Below, piece by piece: positions 28,183 to 37,528 of a DNA stretch of 64,000 nt. How positions within the stretch are numbered: position 1 is the stretch's first letter; the number at the start of each line of letters is the position of its first letter. The notes under the pieces were generated by a model. It was not told the origin of the DNA. It saw only the letters and a program-made list of their open reading frames with translations, and searched no databases. Where the stretch lies: positions 58,875 through 122,874 of IMG/VR virus record IMGVR_UViG_2868569063_000004. The stretch is one strand, 5' to 3'. Source of the DNA: a virus (lineage: Duplodnaviria > Caudoviricetes). The position numbers and the translations under genes were made by a program.

Positions 28183-28589
28183 AAGAAAAATTATCTATTG
28201 AGCGGAAAAAGGCTGTAATGATTACAGCCGATTTTACAGCACCTACAACAGAAAGCTATGCAATGGCATGGCTAAAACTGTGCAACAACGCAAGAGAGTA
28301 CAAAGACGTTATCTGGAGAGTAGAGAATGATTCAGGAAATAGGGTATATGTCTGGTGCAATCCAAAGTATAAAGAAACAGTAATAGAATTCCTCACAGGA
28401 ATAGTTTACTATCATCAGGAAGATAAAGGGCCTACATCAGTAGGAAAAGTTATTGAGGCAGAAGATGTTACAGTTGGTTTCCCGGTGTATGAGTATGAGA
28501 GTACATGTTCTTCACATGAGGAGCAATGGGGCATAGATATTGATAATTCAATTATGTTTTGGGGAGCAGTAAAAGAAATTTTTTATTGA
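28176..28589 (+). CDS. Hypothetical protein
   Basis: ATG 28176 after GAGGG. Confidence 0.7.
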   Translation: MLKEKLSIERKKAVMITADFTAPTTESYAMAWLKLCNNAREYKDVIWRVENDSGNRVYVWCNPKYKETVIEFLTGIVYYHQEDKGPTSVGKVIEAEDVTVGFPVYEYESTCSSHEEQWGIDIDNSIMFWGAVKEIFY

Positions 28590-28590
28590 G

Positions 28591-29061
28591 GTGATTTTTA
28601 TGAAAAATAAGGAAAATTTTGCAAAAGAAATTTTAGATATTGCTTGCAAAGGGTATCCATTTTCAGTTACAAAGTCAGGTGAAATTACTTTTTGTGATTG
28701 TTTTAAATGTGATATGTGCAAATTTTATGTTCCTGCTGATTATAAAAGTTGCAGAATTAGGCGATATGAATGGTCAGAATTAGAATATGTAGAGAAACAT
28801 ACAATTACATCAAAAGAAAAGAAATTTCTTGATCTACTTTTGCCTAATTATAAATATATTGCAAGAGAGAAAAATGGTTTCTTATTAGTCTATACAGAAA
28901 AGCCAATTAAAATATTAGAAACTTGGGGATTAGCAAACTGTGCATTAATGAATATGTTTGATATTAAATTTGATTTTATCAAATGGGAAGATGAAGAACC
29001 CTGGAGTATTGAAGATTTAAAGAATCTGGAAGTAAGAGATGATGGAAAATCTAACGGCTAA
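28591..29061 (+). CDS. Hypothetical phage protein
   Basis: YKYIARE.NG...KP...F.FIKWEDEEPWSIEDL motif common in Clostridia phages. Confidence 0.78.
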   Translation: MIFMKNKENFAKEILDIACKGYPFSVTKSGEITFCDCFKCDMCKFYVPADYKSCRIRRYEWSELEYVEKHTITSKEKKFLDLLLPNYKYIAREKNGFLLVYTEKPIKILETWGLANCALMNMFDIKFDFIKWEDEEPWSIEDLKNLEVRDDGKSNG

Positions 29062-29129
29062 AATAAGAAAATCAATAGTTGTACAGAATGGACCACTAAC
29101 AAATTTATATTAATGGAGAAGAAATCATT

Positions 29130-30206
29130 ATGGATAAATTAATAGCAAAAGAAGTAGAATTTAACGGAGATATTATTAAAGCAGCACAGGATCCTGATGG
29201 AAATATTTGGGTTGGTGCTCGCTGGGTATGTGAAGCTATCGGTTTAGATGATAACCGGATCAAATATGAAAGAAGAAAAATGCAAACGGATTCAGTAATT
29301 TCAAAGGGGGTACAAAATTTTACCCTCCTTACCAATGGCGGGAATCAGAATGTTATGTGCTTACAATTAGATTATTTACCATTATGGTTGGCTAAAATCT
29401 CAATTACTCCAACTATGAAAAAGGAAATGCCGGGAATAGCAGAAAAACTTGTAGCATATCAGCTCAAAGCAAAAGATGTACTGGCAGCAGCTTTCCTTGA
29501 GAAAAAAGTTAATAATCCAAACGTTATTCAGTTACAGCTGCCAGATTTCAATAACAAAATTGAAGTATTAGAAAGAAAAGTAGATAAAATCTTTGAAGAT
29601 ATGGGGCGTTTAGCTTCTATGATGGTTCAGGAGAAAATTGTTACGACACCTATCCCAGTGAAGAAAGTAGAGAATCCTGGTAAAAAATGGAAAAATGATA
29701 TGTACCAGATGATTGATGCTCTTACCACTTGTGACAAGTTCTCTGATCGTGGCTCTGTAATGAAAACTGTATATAAGTATATGAATAAAAATTATGGTGT
29801 CTGTTGGGATCAGGAAGTGAAAGATTACAAAGAAAAATATAATCCAGTAAGTAAATTTAGTACTTATGATGTTGTCTATGCCAATGATACTTTAAGATCT
29901 ATCTTCAGTGCTGCGTTAGGAGATCTGTATGAAAAATATAAATCAATCTGTAATCAGGATGCAACAGATTCTATTATTGCTCCTCTCGTAGAAAAATATG
30001 GAGATAAGAGCAACGGAGGAATGGTTACATATAGAAAAGTATACAAAAAGATGGGAGAAATGAGTCCGATCAATTGGCATAATTTAGAAGTTCGTTATAT
30101 TAACAAACATGGCAAAGCAGGAGCAAGAAGAAAGAAAATCATTTCTTCTAATCCGGAAATGCTGAGAAAATTTAAGAATGCAGTTGATGTCATGATGGTT
30201 GGGTAG
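29130..30206 (+). CDS. Antirepressor-like protein (P22 Ant N-terminal type)
   Basis: VEFNGD...IWV..RWVCEAIGL...GGNQNVMCL.LDYLPLWLAKI. Confidence 0.8.
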   Translation: MDKLIAKEVEFNGDIIKAAQDPDGNIWVGARWVCEAIGLDDNRIKYERRKMQTDSVISKGVQNFTLLTNGGNQNVMCLQLDYLPLWLAKISITPTMKKEMPGIAEKLVAYQLKAKDVLAAAFLEKKVNNPNVIQLQLPDFNNKIEVLERKVDKIFEDMGRLASMMVQEKIVTTPIPVKKVENPGKKWKNDMYQMIDALTTCDKFSDRGSVMKTVYKYMNKNYGVCWDQEVKDYKEKYNPVSKFSTYDVVYANDTLRSIFSAALGDLYEKYKSICNQDATDSIIAPLVEKYGDKSNGGMVTYRKVYKKMGEMSPINWHNLEVRYINKHGKAGARRKKIISSNPEMLRKFKNAVDVMMVG

Positions 30207-30209
30207 ATT

Positions 30210-30506
30210 ATGGTAAAGATAGGAAAGAAATATAAAGTTCGTTCTTGGGATGATATGGAAAGAGAGTTCGGAACCGCTCAAACTGGGGATGAAACATATA
30301 TACCATGTTTGGCATTTTTTGTTAAAGACATGTGTAGATTTTGTGGAACTACTATAACTGTTTCATATTTTATATACAACAATGTTTTTAGAATCGAAGA
30401 AGATAACGGTAGATATATGTGGTCTACAGACATGATCACACCATTAGGAGATTTATATGAAGCGATACAAAGTAGGAGACATAGTTCAGATTCGTCAATG
30501 GGATGA
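30210..30506 (+). CDS. SH3-like protein with C-terminal tag (LYEAIQSR)
   Basis: KIG.KYKVRSWDDM..EFG...FV.DM..FCG...W..DM family. Confidence 0.78.
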   Translation: MVKIGKKYKVRSWDDMEREFGTAQTGDETYIPCLAFFVKDMCRFCGTTITVSYFIYNNVFRIEEDNGRYMWSTDMITPLGDLYEAIQSRRHSSDSSMG

Positions 30507-30741
30507 TATGGTTAAAGAATTTGGTGTTAATTATTATGGTGTTATTCGATGTAACAATTGCGGTTTTGTAAGAGAAATGAAAAAATATTGTGGCCAAAAG
30601 TTGCGGATACGTGCTATACAGAAATTTGATGATATCTATTATTATTTGAATACTGCAGATACATGGACTTTTACAAGTGAGATGTTTGAAAAAGGAGACT
30701 TATCAATGTTAATCACAAGGAGACAGGAATGTATAAAGTAG
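30457..30741 (+). CDS. SH3-like protein with C-terminal tag (LSMLITRR)
   Basis: YKVGDIVQIRQWDDMVKEFG...FVREMKKYCG. Confidence 0.8.
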   Translation: MKRYKVGDIVQIRQWDDMVKEFGVNYYGVIRCNNCGFVREMKKYCGQKLRIRAIQKFDDIYYYLNTADTWTFTSEMFEKGDLSMLITRRQECIK

Positions 30742-31034
30742 GACAGAAAGTAAGAGTTAAATCTTGGGGGCAGATGGCACAGGAGTACGGAGTTACAGAT
30801 GGAACTATAAACACGCCATCAAGTTTTGTCCCAGATATGCGATGCTTTTGTGGGAAAGAGTACAGAATTAAAGCAATATATGATCCCGTTAATAACATAT
30901 ATGATTTAAAAACTATTACGGGAGACGAAGATGAAAATAGAGAACTGCTTTATTTCTGTTGGGATGAAGTGATGCTTATTCCAATCGCTGGGAAACTAGA
31001 AACTATGATTAAGGAGAGAAGAAAAAATGTATAA
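30729..31034 (+). CDS. SH3-like protein with C-terminal tag (LETMIKER)
   Basis: YKVGQKVRVKSW..M..EYG...FVPDM..FCG. Confidence 0.8.
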   Translation: MYKVGQKVRVKSWGQMAQEYGVTDGTINTPSSFVPDMRCFCGKEYRIKAIYDPVNNIYDLKTITGDEDENRELLYFCWDEVMLIPIAGKLETMIKERRKNV

Positions 31035-32091
31035 ATACTATGATAAGAAAAACAACTTTGTAGAAACATTTAATCCGGAGACAGGATTCTATATCCGGTC
31101 CGATGATCTTACAACAGGAAAAGAACCATTTATGAGAAATTTTCCTGCTTTGTTAGATATTGGTGTTATGGGACATTGCGTCCATGGGGCATCTGGTTTG
31201 TGTATTCAGTCAGGGGTTCAGTGTTATCAGAATGGATTACACACACAGGAGCCTAATATGTCCCTTGAGAATTTCAAGAGAATAGTAGATGAATGTAAAG
31301 GAAAAACATTTCAGTTTGCTCTTGGCGGCAGAGGAGATGTAGACCAGCATGAAAATTTTGAAGAAATCCTTAAGTATTGTTGTTCACAAGGGATTGTGCC
31401 AAACTTTACAAGTTCCGGTTTAGGATTCAATGAAAAAATTGTTTCCTTATGTAAAGAATATTGCGGAGCCGTAGCTATTTCTTGGTATAGAAGTGAATAT
31501 ACACAGAAAGCGATTGATATGTTAGTATCTGCAGGAGTTACTACCAATATTCATTATGTCCTTGGACGGAATTCTATTGATGAAGCTATTGAACATTTGC
31601 AGCAGGAAGATTTTCCTGATGGTATCAATGCAGTAATTTTCTTGTTGCATAAGCCAGTAGGTTTAGGAACTCAGGCAAATGTATTGTCTCCTGATGATGA
31701 AAGAGTCAAAGAATTTTTCTCTTTGATTGATAAACATGATTATAAATTTCAGATTGGATTTGATTCATGTTCTGTGCCTGGACTGTTGAATTTTACAGAA
31801 GAGATTTTAAATTCTACTCTGGAACCGTGTGAAGGAGCAAGATTTTCTGGGTATATTACCTCTGATATGAAGATGCTGCCATGCAGCTTTGACAATCAGG
31901 AACTTAAGTGGGCAGTTGATCTTAATGAACACACTATTCAGGAAGCATGGGATTCAGATGTGTTCGATGATTTCAGAAGCCATTTCAGGAATTCTTGTAG
32001 AGGTTGTAGTCGTCAGTGTGATTGCTTAGGTGGATGCCCGATCAGAAGAGAAATTGTCTTGTGCACAAAAGAGGAGAAAGATTTATGCTAA
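31027..32091 (+). CDS. Radical SAM/SPASM-domain enzyme
   Basis: Cx7Cx6CYQ cluster motif; ALGGRGD; SPASM CEGA...YI...LPCSF...CRGC...CLGGCP. Confidence 0.82.
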   Translation: MYKYYDKKNNFVETFNPETGFYIRSDDLTTGKEPFMRNFPALLDIGVMGHCVHGASGLCIQSGVQCYQNGLHTQEPNMSLENFKRIVDECKGKTFQFALGGRGDVDQHENFEEILKYCCSQGIVPNFTSSGLGFNEKIVSLCKEYCGAVAISWYRSEYTQKAIDMLVSAGVTTNIHYVLGRNSIDEAIEHLQQEDFPDGINAVIFLLHKPVGLGTQANVLSPDDERVKEFFSLIDKHDYKFQIGFDSCSVPGLLNFTEEILNSTLEPCEGARFSGYITSDMKMLPCSFDNQELKWAVDLNEHTIQEAWDSDVFDDFRSHFRNSCRGCSRQCDCLGGCPIRREIVLCTKEEKDLC

Positions 32092-32405
32092 CAATTGGGC
32101 TAAGTGCTGTATTAATAGTGACATTGATAATTTTATTCGCTTGCATAAGCAAAAATATAAATTTGAAAATGGAAGTAGAAGAACTAAAAATAAAGAACGA
32201 GACCCAACGCTTGAGTTATTCTAGCGTATACCGAGATTATGTAAAGTTACTAATGAAACCTGATGCATTAAAGCCTACTACATCAGACATAAAAGAAGCT
32301 GTTCACTATGCAATGATTAAAGCTCATCCTGACAATGGAGGTAAACAAGAAGATTTTGTAAAGTTTAGAAAGCTATATGAGAGGATGAATAATGAATACA
32401 GATAA
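32085..32405 (+). CDS. Membrane-anchored J-domain-like protein
   Basis: N-terminal TM; DIKEA.....KAHPDNGG..EDF....K.YE. Confidence 0.75.
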   Translation: MLTIGLSAVLIVTLIILFACISKNINLKMEVEELKIKNETQRLSYSSVYRDYVKLLMKPDALKPTTSDIKEAVHYAMIKAHPDNGGKQEDFVKFRKLYERMNNEYR

Positions 32406-32682
32406 ACTTAAATTTCTTAAACTTGGCGGGCAATATAAAGTAAAATCATTTGCTCGTTTAATGGAAGAATATGGTTCTGATAACTCTAGTGGAATGCCGA
32501 ATGTCATCTGCGGTTTTAATAAGCAAATGAAAAAATTGTGTGATCAAAAAATTACGATACAAGATACATTCTATAAGCATGAAGATAAGTTTTATCAAAT
32601 AAAAGAAGCAAGATATTGTTGGAATAGTCAGATGTTAGAACTTCCTTTAAGTACATTGATCTATAGGAGGAAACATGGATAG
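32392..32682 (+). CDS. SH3-like protein with C-terminal tag (LSTLIYRR)
   Basis: KLG.QYKVKSF..L..EYG...MKKLC...W...ML. Confidence 0.78.
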   Translation: MNTDKLKFLKLGGQYKVKSFARLMEEYGSDNSSGMPNVICGFNKQMKKLCDQKITIQDTFYKHEDKFYQIKEARYCWNSQMLELPLSTLIYRRKHG

Positions 32683-32920
32683 AAATGAAATATATTTCAA
32701 GTTAAGTGGATTTTGCTCCGATCATTTTTGCTTTAATTGTCCAATATTTTTCATAAATCCCAAGTATAAATGTGGTAATGGTTGTGGATACAGTTTATGT
32801 GGAAATCCGGTGCCGCTATCAGAAGCATTGAAGTATTATTCTATCATATTTGAAAAACAGAATCTGAGAGCACTTATAGTAAGAAGAAGGGGGTATTATA
32901 AATATGAAAGAAGGATATAA
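32675..32920 (+). CDS. Cys-rich small protein with C-terminal tag (LRALIVRR)
   Basis: FC...CFNCP...C...C; body unrelated to other tagged genes. Confidence 0.72.
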   Translation: MDRNEIYFKLSGFCSDHFCFNCPIFFINPKYKCGNGCGYSLCGNPVPLSEALKYYSIIFEKQNLRALIVRRRGYYKYERRI

Positions 32921-33350
32921 ATTAGAAGACACTATTATCCTCAATGGAAAAGTAGGGTGGGTAAACACAGGAGATGATGCTGATAGCATTATTAGAATAC
33001 AAAATATTCAGAAAGTAAAAAGATTTTCTGGTGAAGAAATTATTGTATCTAATAATGGATTTGCTTTTTCAAAAGAAATGGAAAGTCGATGCGGGTGGCT
33101 TGACAGATATGCAAGTATTCAAATGCTTACAGGAGATACACCTATTGATATGGATCACATTGATGAGACAAAGATTGTATCAATGGAAGGAATCACTGAG
33201 TCTGAATATTATCATCGGTATAGTGATTATACTGGATATCTTTGGACTGAAGAAGAATTCAAATGTGGCGGTCATGATCTGTTAAAAATCTTAGAAGGGA
33301 ACATGGGAAAATATATTCATATGGAAATTGAATTATATTCGAGGTGTTGA
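32904..33350 (+). CDS. Hypothetical protein
   Basis: YSDYTGYLWT...GGHDL. Confidence 0.75.
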   Translation: MKEGYKLEDTIILNGKVGWVNTGDDADSIIRIQNIQKVKRFSGEEIIVSNNGFAFSKEMESRCGWLDRYASIQMLTGDTPIDMDHIDETKIVSMEGITESEYYHRYSDYTGYLWTEEEFKCGGHDLLKILEGNMGKYIHMEIELYSRC

Positions 33351-33351
33351 T

Positions 33352-33747
33352 ATGACATTTGAAGAAGCTAAACAGCGTTCGGATTACTGTTTTAGACTCA
33401 ACGGAATCCAACTTCTAATAAGGAATATAAGAGAAGAGCATTTAGAAATTGATCTCGATAATGGTCCTCTTATAGGTAAAGCTGTATTGGAAATAGGTTA
33501 TGTTGATATTGAAGTAAATATTTCTGTTCTCGGAATGTTTAACGAAATACCAACATATAAACCGACTATTGAATATTTTACTTGTTTAAAAACGGAGAAT
33601 GATTGGGAGCCTATTGAATATATTGGGACTGGAGCAGATGTGGATTGGTGGAGTAACAGATGGAAAGAAGAGTTGGAAGAAGATATGTTTTTAGCATTAA
33701 ATGAATATGTGGAAAGTGCAGGACTCAGCTATGATGAACCAAATTGA
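33352..33747 (+). CDS. Hypothetical acidic protein
   Basis: ATG after GAGGTG. Confidence 0.7.
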   Translation: MTFEEAKQRSDYCFRLNGIQLLIRNIREEHLEIDLDNGPLIGKAVLEIGYVDIEVNISVLGMFNEIPTYKPTIEYFTCLKTENDWEPIEYIGTGADVDWWSNRWKEELEEDMFLALNEYVESAGLSYDEPN

Positions 33748-33761
33748 AGGAGGAAAGAAGA

Positions 33762-34553
33762 ATGGATAAAGCTTGGTTAGAACAGAAAATAAAAGAATGT
33801 GAAAGTGCCCGGCCTGAGATTGAAAAAATACTTAGGAACAAGCTGCATTTGGATGATAAGGAATTTGAGAAAATCATGGATTGTCTCGAATCTCCTTGTT
33901 ATACTACTGCAATACAAGAATTAAACATGGTACTTATTATGAAATATGTGGATGATTCTACAAAAACTTATGAAGAATATAAAGAATTATCAGAACTTAC
34001 AGGAATTGAAGAGCTGTTTTATAAATACACCAAGAAAAATTGGATTGATGCATATTTAGATGGAGAGCCAATGGAATTTGATGGAGATATTATTATCACA
34101 GATCCTTGTTATATCATGAAAGAAGATGATGATTGGGCAACATGTGCCTACGGAGAGGATATGGAAGCACTTGGAATAACTCACTATATGACAAGAGATA
34201 CTCTCTATGGAGATTGGAGTTGTACTACTTTTGATACTGATACAAAAGAAGCTATTGGTGAGTTTTGTGCAGATGCTGGTTTAGTGTCAGTATTTTTATT
34301 AGATGAAGTCCTGAAATATAATCCATATTATAAAGATCATTTAAAAAATAAATGGACGGTTACTTGGATTAAAGATTTCAAAGGAACTGTAGAATTTGTC
34401 GTTAAGCACATTGAGGGCTACTATGAAGAAGATACCGACTACTGGAAAAAAGGTGACTACTGGGAAGATTATGTTTTAGAAGTAGTAGGACATGGCATTA
34501 ACAAAGTTACTGGTAAACCAATTAACTTTGTTGGAAAGCAAACAGGTTTATAA
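33762..34553 (+). CDS. Hypothetical protein
   Basis: ITDPCY...T.YGD...ADAGLV motifs. Confidence 0.78.
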   Translation: MDKAWLEQKIKECESARPEIEKILRNKLHLDDKEFEKIMDCLESPCYTTAIQELNMVLIMKYVDDSTKTYEEYKELSELTGIEELFYKYTKKNWIDAYLDGEPMEFDGDIIITDPCYIMKEDDDWATCAYGEDMEALGITHYMTRDTLYGDWSCTTFDTDTKEAIGEFCADAGLVSVFLLDEVLKYNPYYKDHLKNKWTVTWIKDFKGTVEFVVKHIEGYYEEDTDYWKKGDYWEDYVLEVVGHGINKVTGKPINFVGKQTGL

Positions 34554-34554
34554 T

Positions 34555-34776
34555 ATGATTCCGAACAAAAAAGGATTACAAGTTATTATGAAAGGCACTT
34601 TTACTCCAGGATGGGAAAATAGAATTTTTACATTAACTGGAGAAAAACAAATAAATGATTGGGTAAATGTCTACTATCCAGTAATGGAGAATGTTAATCC
34701 TGTCAATAGATGTTTTATGGTGCCGCTAAATTCGTTAAAATTATTAATTTTAAATAAACAAGAAAAGGAGAACTAA
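34555..34776 (+). CDS. Small protein with variant tag (LKLLILNK)
   Basis: ATG 34555; KKG.QV SH3-like start. Confidence 0.6.
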   Translation: MIPNKKGLQVIMKGTFTPGWENRIFTLTGEKQINDWVNVYYPVMENVNPVNRCFMVPLNSLKLLILNKQEKEN

Positions 34777-34780
34777 AATT

Positions 34781-35047
34781 ATGAAAATGAGCTATGATGT
34801 ACAGGTTGAGGAGTTAGGAGCAAACAGAAGAGGTCTTGTTACTTCAGAAGAGGGAAGAGCTATTGTTGAGTTTATGAAAACAAGTAGAGCCAACATGTGC
34901 TTTGAGTACGATGATGAGGCTGAAGCTAAAAGAAGAGCTTCTGCAGTAATGAATTGTTGCAAGAGACTCAATGAAGAAGGCGAAAAAGAAGTTATTAAAT
35001 ACGCTAAACGTGGAAATAAAATCTACGTCATTAAAGTGACGGAATAA
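34781..35047 (+). CDS. Hypothetical protein
   Basis: AAGGAG RBS. Confidence 0.75.
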   Translation: MKMSYDVQVEELGANRRGLVTSEEGRAIVEFMKTSRANMCFEYDDEAEAKRRASAVMNCCKRLNEEGEKEVIKYAKRGNKIYVIKVTE

Positions 35048-35058
35048 GGAGGAGTCTT

Positions 35059-35478
35059 ATGTTAGACATTAACAAGAGAGTGAGGTGTGAGGGAACAACT
35101 GTTGCAGAGATGATTGAAGCTCTGCAGCGGTTGCCTCAGGATGGTGTTGTCCATTTCACAGGGAAAAAGAAAGGTTATATCCACTGTGATCCAGAGAGTA
35201 AAACAATAGATTTTGATACTGATGAACTTAGTGCCATGTATGAAGAAGTTTCAGAAGAACCTAAGGAATACTATCTAGTGTATATAGATACTTATTTCAA
35301 AGAATATGTAGCCGTAAAAGCACAGAATCATTTCGAAGCCGAAGCAAAAGCACGAGATTTAAGCCAGATAAACTTTAATGGAATGAATAAAGAAGTCTAT
35401 GTTTGTGCTACATGTAATGCTCATACAAAAACTTATGCACAAGAACGTAATTACAGAATTATAGAGGAGGACGTATGA
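35059..35478 (+). CDS. Hypothetical protein
   Basis: AGGAGG RBS; Y.V.I......V.V.A....EAE segment also seen in 40216..40416. Confidence 0.75.
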   Translation: MLDINKRVRCEGTTVAEMIEALQRLPQDGVVHFTGKKKGYIHCDPESKTIDFDTDELSAMYEEVSEEPKEYYLVYIDTYFKEYVAVKAQNHFEAEAKARDLSQINFNGMNKEVYVCATCNAHTKTYAQERNYRIIEEDV

Positions 35479-35747
35479 AATTAAGAATAGGCTTTGTAAC
35501 TAATAGTTCCTCATCCAGTTTTACTATTGCTAAAAGTGATTTAACAGATGAACAGATTGAGAAGATTAAAAATTACTTTGAAGTTGCAAAAGAAGTTGGA
35601 ATGAATGATTTCGATGATTTGTGGGATATTGATGAAACAAATTTTGGAATTAGAGGCTTTACATGTATGGACAATGGAGATATGAACAAGTTTCTAAGGC
35701 TAATTGGTATTAACAGAGATATTGTTGAATGGGAGGATTGGTCATGA
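35475..35747 (+). CDS. FVTNSSS-motif protein 1
   Basis: MKLRIGFVTNSSSSSFTI. Confidence 0.82.
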   Translation: MKLRIGFVTNSSSSSFTIAKSDLTDEQIEKIKNYFEVAKEVGMNDFDDLWDIDETNFGIRGFTCMDNGDMNKFLRLIGINRDIVEWEDWS

Positions 35748-36202
35748 AAATTAGAAAAGGATTCGTAACTAATAGCAGCAGCAGTAGTTTCATTCTTGGT
35801 TTTACAAGTGAAGAAAATATCAAAAAAGAATTGGAAGCAGAGGATCTCAAAGAATATTTTGATGAGGTCCTGGAAGATGTAATGAGAGCTACAAAATTGA
35901 CTAAAGATGAAGCTTTGGAAGGGTATTCAAAAGAAATTTATTATGATACTCTCTGGGATTTAGAGTATAGACTTGATGTACCTTATGATAAGAAGTTCGA
36001 AATACGAGAAACGAAAGAGTTTCAGAATAAGCTCAATAAAGCAATAACAGATAGGGTGTCTGAGTTAGAGGAAGATATGCAAGGGTACTCTGTATTTGTA
36101 GAGATTAATTATTCAGACGAGGATGGTCTTAGGTATTCAACCCTTGAACATCACATTGCACTGAATATGAATTGTTGTCTTGCTGTTATTAGTCATCATT
36201 AA
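35744..36202 (+). CDS. FVTNSSS-motif protein 2
   Basis: MKIRKGFVTNSSSSSFIL. Confidence 0.82.
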   Translation: MKIRKGFVTNSSSSSFILGFTSEENIKKELEAEDLKEYFDEVLEDVMRATKLTKDEALEGYSKEIYYDTLWDLEYRLDVPYDKKFEIRETKEFQNKLNKAITDRVSELEEDMQGYSVFVEINYSDEDGLRYSTLEHHIALNMNCCLAVISHH

Positions 36203-36233
36203 AAATGTAGGTATTAGAAAGGGTGTGGAGAAA

Positions 36234-36776
36234 ATGGGAAATTACTATGAAGGAAAATTAATTTTTGGATTGAAAAGAAATCTTCCAGATGAACTGTTAC
36301 ATGATTTATCAGTGCTTGCAAGCGAGCGGAGCTGTGATAGAGATATAAAACCACTGTTACAGCATAGAGAATTAAAAGAGTCTAAATGGATGAATCATTA
36401 TAGAGCTTTATATCCGACTTACACATTAGAATTTTCAGAAGGAGTGTGGTTCTTGACTGCCAGCTTCTGTATGAAAGGATACATGTACCTAGGTGATGAC
36501 TTAGGGCAAGATATTTATGACTTTCTGTATCCATATTTTAATTCAGACATTCTTGATGAAGCAGATGGTGGCTATATAGGCACTATTGAAGATGAAGATG
36601 GAACCTACCGGAAAGAATTCTATGCAAACTATGAGCGATTCAATAAAATCATAGAAAATAGAGAATACTTGTGTAAAGGTTGCTATAAGAAAATGGATGG
36701 ATCGTTGTGTAATGATTGGAAGTATTGTAAAAGAGCATATGATATAGGAAGGGGTGATACCATTGAAGATTCGTAA
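36234..36776 (+). CDS. Hypothetical protein
   Basis: ATG 36234 after GGAG; C-terminal Cys cluster. Confidence 0.72.
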   Translation: MGNYYEGKLIFGLKRNLPDELLHDLSVLASERSCDRDIKPLLQHRELKESKWMNHYRALYPTYTLEFSEGVWFLTASFCMKGYMYLGDDLGQDIYDFLYPYFNSDILDEADGGYIGTIEDEDGTYRKEFYANYERFNKIIENREYLCKGCYKKMDGSLCNDWKYCKRAYDIGRGDTIEDS

Positions 36777-37512
36777 CGGATTTGTAACTAATAGTAGTTC
36801 TTCAAGTTTTATTATTGGCAAAGCAAACGACAACACAGTAACTATTGATTCGGTATATCAAGAAATAAAAGAACTTTATAAACAATATTATAAATCTTGT
36901 TCTGAAATGTATAGCTATGTAGAAGAGTATTATCCTGATGTATTTGAAGTTGTCACTGAAAAAAGAGGTAAATATTTACACTCAAAGAAATCATGGGATT
37001 GTACAAAAATTGCTGACACTCAGTTAAGATTGATGTTTGGTCTTGATCATTATGAAGAATTACCGGAAATAATTGATTGGATCGGCTGTGAGACATACAA
37101 AGATTATGTTAATTTTTGGACTCCTAGAATGGAAATCGGAGTTCATGCACCTTTTTATATAAGAGACTTTTCCTGCAATGATCCATATATTCCTCTTGAT
37201 TTCAGTACACAAATGAGAGAGTGCTCAGGAGACAACGGCAATGGAATTGAATCTGATATCTTAGCTTGGTATTTTCCTTGGATTGAAAATATAAAGTATG
37301 ACTGCGATAGTTGCCCAGACAATGAATACTGCTATAAAGAGGAATGTCAGGAAACTAAACAACAATTCATGGGAAAAGAAATTCCAAGAGATCAGGCATG
37401 TTTGTATATCTTAGGAAAGATTTGTATTTGTTCAGAATGTGGCTATATACCAGATTTTATAGTTAAAAAGTTAAGCGAAATGTCGGAATATTCATGTAAC
37501 CATATGGGTTAA
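36763..37512 (+). CDS. FVTNSSS-motif protein 3
   Basis: TTG start; KIRNGFVTNSSSSSFII; Cys-rich tail ending CNHMG. Confidence 0.82.
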   Translation: MKIRNGFVTNSSSSSFIIGKANDNTVTIDSVYQEIKELYKQYYKSCSEMYSYVEEYYPDVFEVVTEKRGKYLHSKKSWDCTKIADTQLRLMFGLDHYEELPEIIDWIGCETYKDYVNFWTPRMEIGVHAPFYIRDFSCNDPYIPLDFSTQMRECSGDNGNGIESDILAWYFPWIENIKYDCDSCPDNEYCYKEECQETKQQFMGKEIPRDQACLYILGKICICSECGYIPDFIVKKLSEMSEYSCNHMG

Positions 37513-37528
37513 GAAAGAGAGGGTAGTT

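Noticed and set aside
18589-34776. Diversity-generating retroelement or integron explaining the paralog arrays
   Set aside because: No reverse transcriptase, no near-identical TR/VR pair and no attC-like spacers; genes overlap directly.
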